Shown: positions 38,818 through 49,000 of the stretch, one piece after another
Numbering within the stretch: the stretch's first letter is position 1
Layout of the letters: every line of letters starts with the position of its first letter
NCBI GenBank assembly: GCA_964035575.1
Contig: OZ037846.1
Location: 1,178,001 to 1,242,000 of the forward strand
Length of the DNA stretch: 64,000 nucleotides
Source of the DNA: Rhynchopus sp. YZ270_cl-10
Taxonomy: Eukaryota
Reading direction: 5' to 3'
Program-made: the position numbers and the translations under genes
Notes under the pieces: generated by a model
The model's database searches: none
Told to the model about the DNA's origin: nothing
Seen by the model: only the letters and a program-made list of their open reading frames with translations

Positions 38818-41800
38818 ATGGTGCTGCCGTTTCTTGCTATTTTTATGGCATCAGTTCTGCCAGTGTCAGGATTTGTGCAGTCGTTCACTCCCACAAGTGA
38901 AATGACGTTTGAGTGGTCGCTCAGCAGTGATGGCAACACGATGTCGATCTCGCTGATCTGCGACTTTGATAAGTGGTGTTCCGTTGCCTTTGGCTCAAGC
39001 ATGAGTGACGCAGACACAATCACGTGCTCCACAACCACGCCTGGATCATGTGAGGATGCTCACTCTACGGGGCTGTTCCAACCACCACGTGACGCAGTGC
39101 AGAACCTGAACAGCATCACTTCCACCACAAGCAACGGGAAGACGACCTACACAATGACACGTCTGATGAACACTGGCGACTCTGTGGACAGAGTGCTCGT
39201 TCTTGGCACCACACCAATCATTTGGGGCATTGGGCCGAACCTCGACATCAGGACCACACACACGAAGAAGTCAGGTGCAACAATTCTTCTGACGATCAAC
39301 GAGCCTCCTGCAACACCGCCGCCCTCGAACTCTGTGTGGGTGCGTGGGTGTGGTGGGGCACGCATCCTCTCTGAAAACGAGATGACGATTGACTACGAAA
39401 TGGGTTCGCTGGGTGCTGACGAGGCGGTGCAGTTCACAGTTGCCATCACTGGCACGTACAACTACGGGTCCATCGGGTTCCGGACGACTGGTGACGAGAT
39501 GCAGAACTACGACATTCTTGCTTGGGACCTGTCGCAGGACAACATCGTGGACTACAACATCATGACTGTGCCTGAGGCCGCACCGTCTGGTGTGGACGGG
39601 CAGCAGGATGGTGTCTTTGTGTCGAGGACGGGGCGTACAGTGGTCTTCCGGAGAAGGCTGTCGACAGGTGATGCGCACGACTACGTCCTGCAGTCAGGCA
39701 GACAGTTTGAGCTTGGCTGGGCTGTGGGGTACGGCAGCCCCAACGACGGGACGTGGACGGAGCACCCTGAGGCAGACGATGCAGACGTCACGCTCAACGC
39801 TTGCCCTCCCACACCGTCCCCACCCGCCACCAGCCCGCCTGGTCCTTCACCACCAACCCCCATGCCACCCACACCACCAGCACCTGGTCAGTCGGGGACC
39901 GGTGCCACACCTGGAAGTCAGTTCTTCAGGCCAAACCAAGACATGTCGTTTGAGTGGTCAATGAGCACAGACGGGACAACACTGTTGATGACACTCGACT
40001 GCATTTCAACAAAGTGGTGTTCCATCGGGTTTGGCGCAAGCATGAGTGACGCAGACACAATCACGTGCTCCACAACCACGCCTGGATCATGTGAGGATGC
40101 TCACTCTACAGGGCTGTTCCAACCACCACGTGATGCAGTGCAGAACCTGAACAACGTGAACGCAGTGACCGCAAACGGGAGGACTGTCTTCACAATGACA
40201 CGTCTGATGAACACTGGTGACTCTGTTGACAAAGTGCTTGTGCAGGGCACGGCGCCGCTTATCTGGGGTGTGGGTGTCGGTGAGGACATCCGTTTGACAC
40301 ATGCGACAAAGGGTGCCACGACCATCTTGCTCTCCACGAATGTCGCACCTGCAACACCAGCACCTCCGACACCCGCACCCGTTGTTGGGCAGGCTGGACC
40401 GACATACTCAGTTGTGTTTGCACCTGAGTACAGCATGACATGGAGCATTGCAGGCGACGTCATCACGTACGTCTTTACGTGCAGTCCGGGTCTGTGGTGT
40501 GCCTTTGGGTTTGGGACGAGCATGGCGGATGCGGACACTTACACATGCTCGCAGTCATCGTGCTTTGATGGTCACTGCTCTGGGTACGTTGTTCAGGTGC
40601 AGGACGTGCTGAACGACGTGCTTTCGTACAGCATCGTGGGTGCAACAGACTACACGTTCTCGCGCAAGGTGGACACAATGGACGCTGTCGACACTGTCAT
40701 CGTGAACCAAATGCAGGACGTGATCTGGGCGTACGGTCCGTACACAGCTGGCAACCTGGACACACACGAGGCTGGCGGAAGCTACGGGAGCTTGCAGATC
40801 AACTTTTTCACTGGTGCCTCAGCTTCGGTGGGTACGAAGAACAAGCTGGTGTACCTGATCCTCATGTTTGTGCTGCTGCTGCTGCCTGCGATGTTCGTGC
40901 CACTGACAAAGCTGTGCTGCCGCCATGCGTTTGAGGCACCACGCTTCCTGGGAAGGATGATGGTGAAGGGAGTGGGTGTCTACGTGGTGGGAGTGATGTG
41001 GGCAGGTGCAGCAGTGTGCTTCTACTACGCGAACGAGGACAGGCTGGTGTGGTACAAGTCCCTCGGCCACGTTGCGCAGCTGCTCCTGGGCATGAGCTTC
41101 TCGATGCCGTCTGGGAGGCAGAGCTGGATCTGGATCTGCTTTGGGATGCCTCACGAGAAGGTTGTGTTCTTCCACGGCATCATCGGGTTTCTGTTCATGG
41201 CAGTCGGGACACTGCACGGTGTGATGTACATTGTGGACGGCGAGAACGCATTTACATGGGGTGGTGGACATGTGAACAACCTTGCAGGGACGCTTGCCAT
41301 TATCTTCATGTTTGCGCTGTGTGTGACGTCCCTGCCGCCTGTGCGCAGGGGTGCGTACCACTTCTTCCTGATGGCGCACTGGTGCTTCATTCCGTTGATC
41401 CTCATCTTCAGCATCATCCACGCCACATCCACGGTGCTGTTCCTGATCCCGGGAATAGTCTCCCTGATTGCACAGAGGGTTGTGCGCAACTTCATCGTGC
41501 CCTACTACACAGTGGTGTCGAAGTGTGACACCCCTTCGCAGGCGTACTCGAAGATGCATGTCGCTCCTGCAGTTCCGCCCACAAGAGAGCCGATGTTCAA
41601 CTTCCACGACATCTTCCCAGGGATGTACATCAGGGTGCGTGTGAAGTCGCTGTCGAACATGCTGCAGTCACACCCCTTCTCTGTGATGCGTGTGCACCCG
41701 GAGACACGTGGCTTTTCCATTGTTGTGAAGAACGTGGGGAAGGGAACGTCGACGGACAACATGATCCAAGACCTGCAGACAGGTTCGCTGCTGCGTGTGT

Positions 41801-42315
41801 CTGAGCCCTGCGGTGCTGCCTCGATGGACCTGCTCAACTACGACAGAGTGCTGCTTGTTGGCGGTGGTGTGGGTGTGACACCGTTGATTGCTGCACTGAA
41901 CTACCTGAAGACACGCAGCGTGTACCAGGAGATGTCAGTGAAGGGACAGAGAGTGCGCCACAGAGTGACCCTTGTGTGGGCTGTGCGTGACGTCGAGCTT
42001 CTTGAGCTCCTTGCAGACGAGCTGATCTCGTGCATCAATGCCATGTCCGACCTGGACCTGCAGATCAACTACACAGGGGTTGTGAACGGAAACCACAACG
42101 TGTTTGGGGTGCTTGGCAGCAAAATCAAGTACGGGAGGCCTGCAATGGAGAAGGTTCTGAATGGTTTTGGTGACCCAAAGTGGTTCAAGAGTTTGGCAGT
42201 TTTCACCTGCGGTCCACATGCACTGACTGGTGGGGCGAAGAAGGCTGTGTCAGCGTATGCAGGTCAGTACCCCTGGATGAAGGCTGACGTTCACAACGAA
42301 ACCTTTGAGATGTAG
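38818..42315 (+). CDS. Four-DOMON ferric reductase (FRE/NOX superfamily), ~1165 aa (alternative ATG at 38806)
   Basis: Signal peptide, then four DOMON repeats (each with a G..M..(A/Y)D motif and a late His) separated by Pro/Thr linkers, then the same TM/FAD/NAD(P)H core as paralogs 1-2. Confidence 0.93.
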   Translation: MVLPFLAIFMASVLPVSGFVQSFTPTSEMTFEWSLSSDGNTMSISLICDFDKWCSVAFGSSMSDADTITCSTTTPGSCEDAHSTGLFQPPRDAVQNLNSITSTTSNGKTTYTMTRLMNTGDSVDRVLVLGTTPIIWGIGPNLDIRTTHTKKSGATILLTINEPPATPPPSNSVWVRGCGGARILSENEMTIDYEMGSLGADEAVQFTVAITGTYNYGSIGFRTTGDEMQNYDILAWDLSQDNIVDYNIMTVPEAAPSGVDGQQDGVFVSRTGRTVVFRRRLSTGDAHDYVLQSGRQFELGWAVGYGSPNDGTWTEHPEADDADVTLNACPPTPSPPATSPPGPSPPTPMPPTPPAPGQSGTGATPGSQFFRPNQDMSFEWSMSTDGTTLLMTLDCISTKWCSIGFGASMSDADTITCSTTTPGSCEDAHSTGLFQPPRDAVQNLNNVNAVTANGRTVFTMTRLMNTGDSVDKVLVQGTAPLIWGVGVGEDIRLTHATKGATTILLSTNVAPATPAPPTPAPVVGQAGPTYSVVFAPEYSMTWSIAGDVITYVFTCSPGLWCAFGFGTSMADADTYTCSQSSCFDGHCSGYVVQVQDVLNDVLSYSIVGATDYTFSRKVDTMDAVDTVIVNQMQDVIWAYGPYTAGNLDTHEAGGSYGSLQINFFTGASASVGTKNKLVYLILMFVLLLLPAMFVPLTKLCCRHAFEAPRFLGRMMVKGVGVYVVGVMWAGAAVCFYYANEDRLVWYKSLGHVAQLLLGMSFSMPSGRQSWIWICFGMPHEKVVFFHGIIGFLFMAVGTLHGVMYIVDGENAFTWGGGHVNNLAGTLAIIFMFALCVTSLPPVRRGAYHFFLMAHWCFIPLILIFSIIHATSTVLFLIPGIVSLIAQRVVRNFIVPYYTVVSKCDTPSQAYSKMHVAPAVPPTREPMFNFHDIFPGMYIRVRVKSLSNMLQSHPFSVMRVHPETRGFSIVVKNVGKGTSTDNMIQDLQTGSLLRVSEPCGAASMDLLNYDRVLLVGGGVGVTPLIAALNYLKTRSVYQEMSVKGQRVRHRVTLVWAVRDVELLELLADELISCINAMSDLDLQINYTGVVNGNHNVFGVLGSKIKYGRPAMEKVLNGFGDPKWFKSLAVFTCGPHALTGGAKKAVSAYAGQYPWMKADVHNETFEM

Positions 42316-42916
42316 GTGACGGTGCTGTGCACACTTTCCTGGGCATTTACTTAAATTAGACAACCCACCCCACACCCTCTCTTGAACTTCTGCATGCCTC
42401 CCACCACATATTTATCATTTCCTTTTCACATTCTTGACAAGTAGTGTACCTACGTAGGCGTTTACCTGAAGTGTGGATACAAAGTTAATCTGCCCTGAGT
42501 TGCATTCGACTCCACTGCACCACGAGGAAGGGAAGGTGGTGAGAGTTTTGCCTGATGATTTCTTTTTTCAGTTCGTGAGTGCGCGAGTCTTTGCAACGAA
42601 GGTAGCGTCTGAACAGAGCAAACTAACATAGAACGTCGTTGGCACAGTGATTGTGGATACTTCGAGAGGAAAGAAATGCAACGATTCCCCCACCTTTGTC
42701 AAATGTTTTCTGTTCTTCCTGAATTGAAAATATGTGAATCTAATGTTCTTTTCCCTTTGTATTCACCTGCACACTGTGATAACGTAAAAATGTGTTTTAG
42801 AAAACGGTCAAGAAGCAACTGTCTAGCTTTGTTAACTCTTTGGAAGAACATGTATGATTTTTTTCTCCCGCAATGTGCTTTCTCATCTTTGATTGGAAAG
42901 TATATGAAACTAGTTA

Positions 42917-43647
42917 GGGTAGGCACACTTTTTTATTTGTTTAATGCTCGCGCGCGCGGAAAATTTTGAGATTCCAAAAAAAAAAAAAACATGGAAGAAA
43001 AAAAAACATTGCCTTACGTCAACAGGTTATCTTGACTTTCCCTCCCGTCTTCCTCCACGGAAAAAATCAACCAAATATCTTCGAACACAGAATCCTCCAT
43101 ATACGAGTGGGTCACATGATATAATTCTATCATGTGACCCCACCGTGGAGAGCAATCGGCTCGCGCATCAAAAGAAAGCAGAGAAAAGGGGAAAAGAAAA
43201 AGACAAAAGTTGGGTACCGTGTGCCTGCGGCGCTACCTGTTCCCAGTCAGGAACGCCACAATTTTATCCGAATGTGGATTTTCCGACCTGAAAATGACCC
43301 TTGTTTATGAGGATGGGTTCATATTTTGTGGAAATTTATGCCACTAAAATTTTGTCGGTTTTTCTGTATATCCCCCACCACAGAACGAGCGGATTCTGGA
43401 AATGCCTATCGCGGCATGTTTGGGCTGAAAATCCACTGTTTTTTCAAGGGAAAAAATTACTTCCGGATGTCGGAATTTTCCGGAAAATTTCCAGAATTAG
43501 AAAACAGCCTGGCTTCGATGTTTTATTTTTTGCTGTGTCTCTGTGTGTGTGTGTTTTTTTTTTCTTTGTGTGTTTTTTTCTGCGCGCGCGCGCGGAACTT
43601 TTTGGGACCCGACCGAGCATTAAACACAAAAAAAATTGTGCCTACCC
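42917..43647. mobile_element. PIF/Harbinger-like MITE
   Basis: ~34-bp imperfect TIR GGGTAGGCACA...GTTTAATGCTCG and TTA TSD. A comparable empty site lies at ~17126. Confidence 0.85.
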
Positions 43648-43807
43648 TTACGTTCGATGGGAAAGAAAACAACTGTTCTCATTCCTCAAATGAAGTTATC
43701 AAATTTGGTACAAAAAATGCTGTATATTCTCTGATTTCTATGACATTGTTTTGTTGTCTGTTTTGTTTTTTTTATTCCCCTCTTCCCCTTTCCCCCCTTT
43801 TCGGTTA

Positions 43808-44061
43808 CTGGGGGGGGCCGAATAGTGGATCCCCCCTAAATAGTAGATCCCCCCTGTATAAATTTTTTTCCACATATTACCACAACTACTCAAAACATGA
43901 AATCTGTTGCTTTATTGGACTCATCGGGCATTTTTGTGATCTGGACATGGGGGTCAGACTCCACTTTCGAGCACCTAAAATAGGGTCAAAAAAATTGGAG
44001 TCTAAAATTTAGGGGGGGATCTACTATTCAAAGGGGGGATCTACTATTCGACCCCCCCCAG
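43808..44061. mobile_element. TA-TSD MITE (Tc1/mariner-type target)
   Basis: TIR CTGGGGGGGG(C/T)CGAATAGT(G/A)GATCCCCCC flanked by TA. Confidence 0.85.
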
Positions 44062-46094
44062 TAAGGTGACTAAGCACGACAGGCTTAGGTTCATCTTAAA
44101 AACTTTGCTTTATTTTAATTGGGACCGCAAAAACGTTATTTTTCATTTTTGAATGAAACATTACCACAATGGAGATTGTGCGGCGATGAGTGTAATAGTT
44201 TCGTTGTGTCCTTGGTTGTCCGGTATTCATTTTGTTTGGTGCTACGAGTCATGTATCTGACATATAAACGCCAACAAAAAGAATTACCTCCCCCCCTTTC
44301 CCGTGCTTTACGTGACATCTGGCTGCAGATGGTGTACGGTTCTTCGTCACAGAGCCGCTCCGGTACACCACTTTTATTTTATTTCCTTTTTTCTTTGGTT
44401 TTTGTTTTTTGTTCAGCTTCGTGAGTCTGCTCATTTGTTTGCATGCCCAATGCTGTATCAGTGTTTTCTTTTTCAAGTGTGTTTTTCCTTCAACAATTAG
44501 ACGAGAGATCCCCGATGGACCAACTCCATCTTTCTCAGGGGAAAAAGATGTCTCGATCATCTTTCATTACAGCAAGGTAGTAAGGTTTAGGTTCTGACCA
44601 CCTTTTTATTGCTGGACTGACGAGGGGCAGGAGACCACAAGACATGTCGCCAGAAAAAGCCACAACTAACGAAAGAGAGTGTGTGTGTTTTTTATTGTCG
44701 GGATGTCTTATTATGTGCACTATCGCGCGCCTCGTTACCCAGTCGATGTATTGTCTTTCTTTGTCCTTTGTGCCCTGTGGGGATCATTTCATTTCTCAAG
44801 TTCCTTTTTTTTTGGTAATTTTTCAAATGTTTTCTGTTCTCTCCTGAATTGAAAGTATATGAAGTTATCTCACCTCTTTTCTTCTTCCCCTTCCTCCCCA
44901 ATTGCTGCAATAAGGCGTTGTACATGTTTTCATGAACCCTCCGGAAAAATCAAGGTTTTAGTCCTTCATTCCTCACCGAGAACGAGAACAAGGAATTCTG
45001 TGGTTTCTTTTGGTGTGCTTTCATCCGGATGGCTGTCATCGTACAGTGGGTCAGTCGGAGGTGCCTGCAATCAACCACAGTTTTTTTTTCTCTCTTTTTT
45101 CCCCTTTTTCCGAGGAACAACGACCTACGCTTGCTCCGCCCCACACTTTCTCCCCCAAAACAAAACAAAAACAAAAAAACAAAAAACACAGTAGTATAGT
45201 GAAGCACACTCTAGGGTGGCTACACTAATACCAACCAAGTTTTCAAAAAAAAAAAAAAAAACAAAAGCTCGATTTTCCCACCACAATACACTATCACGAG
45301 AAGGACTTTGTACATGCCGTCGTTTGTACCGTGGATGATCTTGCCGCCGGATTGGACAGGAACTTCTTCTTCGCAGGGAAGAAGTCAAGACCTGCTACGC
45401 AAGCGACGCACACCTGCCCGAAAAGATTTGGTGATTTGCAGTGATTTCTTGGAGCATCCACTAATCTCCCACTCGTCCTGGTCCCTCTCCTTCCTCGCCG
45501 GAGCCCTCCTAACCTGCCTCTTCTCCCTGCCCTGCAGTGTGGACAAAGACGGCGTACTTTCTTCTGCTAGCGCCAGGAGATCAGAGACCACTCCACGTGC
45601 ACACAGCAGGTGTGTCGCATCTCACGAAGTATCCTTCTCGCAGCTCGGTGGACATAATATAATAGGCAGTAGGGGTGATCATAAACCACATCTGGGCGTC
45701 AAATCTTCTGCGTTTCTTGATTAATTCGGGTTTGTTGAGACCGCCTTTCTCATCCCGGCTTCCTGCGAGACAGGCCCCTCGGCTTTCCACAGAGATTTTC
45801 AACTCAATATTTGATTTTCACTGCAAACCTAATTATCCGCAATGATCCCCATTCATCTTGAGTGGAAGCGGGAGTAGCACATCTCAGATATCGACCACTT
45901 TTTTCCCAGCATTTATTTTTCGGTGACATGCATCCCAGATTTAAATTTCTCCTTTTTCATTTTTTTTCAAATAACCCCCACTCCTTACAGACCAACCCCC
46001 TCCCTCACACCCACCCCCACCCCCCCACCCTGAGACACTCCGCACACCCTCCCTCCCTCCCTCCCTCCCTCCCTCTTTTTCTTTCTCTCCCAAA

Positions 46095-49000
46095 ATGGAA
46101 AAGCGAGATGGCGGGTCACCTTCCTCCGCCTCCTCCTCTGTGAAGGTCATCGTACGCATCAGACCGTTAAATGATACTGAACGGAAGGCTGGACCCTCGC
46201 CTTTTATGAAACGCACAGACGTCGCGACTGAAATTCTTTTGGCCAACCCTGGGGATGATACAGCGAGGGGTGCGGTCTATGCCTTTGACGACATAGTATG
46301 GTCTTGCGACGTCGAAAACGGAGTGTCAGACCAGGCCGCCGTTTATAAGGCCGCAGGTGAAGCATTGCTTGCCAACGCATTGAAAGGGTTTAACTGCTGC
46401 TGTTTCGCCTACGGTCAGACCGGATCCGGGAAAACCCATACCATGATGGGTGACCCACATCACCCAGACACCTCAGGGTTGATCCCTCGGGTTAGCACGC
46501 ACCTTTTTGACGAACTCTCTGCTACCTCCTCCCGACGCTATCAAGTCAGCGCTTCGTATATGGAAATCTATCAGGAACAGGTTCTCGATTTGATAACAAC
46601 AAAGGGATTTTCGAGTCCATCATCGGTGTCAAATTTGAAGGTGAGAACGCACCCTACTGATGGTGTTTATGTCGAGAATTTATCACGGCATAAAGTGTCC
46701 TCTGTCGAAGAGCTGTTAAAGCTGATTCGGGTTGGCGCTGAGTCAAGACATACCGCAGCTACGAAAATGAATGCAGTGTCTTCGCGAAGCCACGCATTGT
46801 TAACGATCTTTGTAAATGCGGTAGAGTTGGTTGACTCGAAAGATGGATCTGAGGATGGGGTCCGCCGCTTCGAATCGAAGGTTAACCTAGTAGACTTAGC
46901 TGGCTCCGAACGGACCAAAAAGAGTGAAGTCGAAGGGGGCGCGTTTACCGAAGCCACCAAGATTAATCTTTCCCTAACCACATTAGGCAGGGTGATCGAC
47001 AGTCTCGCAGGGATTGCCGGATCTACCACGGTGCCTCCGTATCGTGAGTCGCTGTTGACGTACGTTCTTTCCGATTCCCTCGGAGGAAATTCCAAAACCG
47101 CAATGCTTGCTACGGTCTCCCCTCATTCGTCGAATTATGAAGAAACACAGAGCACCTTAAGATATGCTTCTCGAGCAAGAAAAATCGTGAACCACGCAGT
47201 CATCAACGAAGAAGGCGCAGACCGAAACAAAATCAAAGCTATGAAGGAGGAGATCGACCGATTGAACAGGGATTTGATGAAATCTCGGTCGAAAGAGCAT
47301 ATTTCGGAGTTGATCGACCTTCGAAGCGATAGAGAACGCTATGCAAAACATATTAAAGAGCTGACTGAAAGAAACCACGCCTTGACAGCAAAGGTCACTG
47401 CCCTGGAGATTGCCTTGAAACAGGAGAAGGACCGGAAAGAAAAGGACAATTCAAAACAGTTTGCCAGGTCTCATACAGATATCACCAAATCCTCCGGAGG
47501 TTCTCCAAAGAAGAAGAAAGATGCGGATCCACCCCAATTAGACCCTCTAGCCCGCTCCGTCAGTCCATCCTACTCTCGAGAACAGGCAGCAGACTTTGCG
47601 AGACCCACCCCATTGCATGATGTAGACCTAACCGCATCTTTGGACAACGTTATCAAAGGTGTGGACGAAGGAGTTAGCCCCGAAAAGAAGCAGAAAAATC
47701 TAAAATCTACCCAACAAATTGCCTTGCTAACAAAGGAAGCAACAGAATTGAAGCTGAAATTGCAACGTTCCGAAAAGCGCGGTATTCTTTCAGAACAAAA
47801 GCTCAAGAGGTCCTGCGAAGACACAGAAAAAGAGCTGAAATTGGAGACCGAGAAGACGAAGAAACTTCTCAAGGAGGTTGAGGAGAAAAACGCGAAAATC
47901 TCCGCGCTAGAGAAAAAGGCGCTTGCGAGCAGCTCTGCGGTGATTAAAAAGCCGGTTAAAAAGGTGGTCAAAAAGAAGATACGGCCTTCATCCCCTACGG
48001 GATCCAACCCCCATAGCAGTGCAGCCTCTACCGTAAGCCACAGCGGTTCCGAAGAAGATGAAGACGAAGAAACGACAGCCCCACCCCGCCTTTCATCTTC
48101 CACCCTGGAAAAGCCAAAACTGCCAAAAGCGCCAAAGTCGCTTCGCTCCTCCCCGGTCAGCTCCCCAGCAACCTCTGGGACACATGCGGTGCCAAAAATT
48201 CCGAGAAGGGCTTCAACGGCCTCATTGAAGAAAACCTCAAGCACAGCATCTCTTGACAAACTCAGCATGCAGGCGGATAAAGACCGAAAAGAGGCGGAGA
48301 TTACTGAAGCAAATCTTCGGGCAACAATTGAAGAAATGGACGCAAAATTGACGGCAGCGTTTTGTTCGCATAATGAAGAAATCCAGCAGATTTCGGAGGA
48401 GGCTGCATCAAAAGCGTCTGTCACTCTCACAGAAATGGAGGCATCGAAGGAGGAGGTTCAAACCCTAAAAAAAAAGTTGATTACTGTCCAAGAAGCTGCC
48501 AGCTCTCATCATATTTCATACGTAAAATTCAAAAAGGAGAAGGAAACTGCGGAGACTGAATTGGCCGCTGCTAAATCCACTATTGACATCGAAAGAACAA
48601 AATTGGCAGAGCTGAACACTAAACATAACAAACTCGAGGAAGAGACACATGCTCTTAGAACACAACAAAACATTCAATCTGTGGAGATGGGGGTGCTAAA
48701 AGGGCAGATCCTTGAGGCTGAAGCCTTAGCAGCGGACGCAGCCCTCAAGGAAACACAACACCACACCCAAACCACACTTCTCAAAGAACAGCTAGACGCT
48801 GTTGAAGCCACCATCACATCCGAAAGAGCTGCCTCTGCCTCTCTCCGTAAACATTCTCTCTCCTCTCAGGCAGCTTCTCAAGGCGATATCGCTTCTCTCA
48901 AAGAAGAATTGGTTTCTCTCCGATCCGAAAAAACGGCGGCTATCGAAGCAAAAGAATCCTTCTACACCAGACTCATGCAAGCCGAACAATCAAAAGCAGA

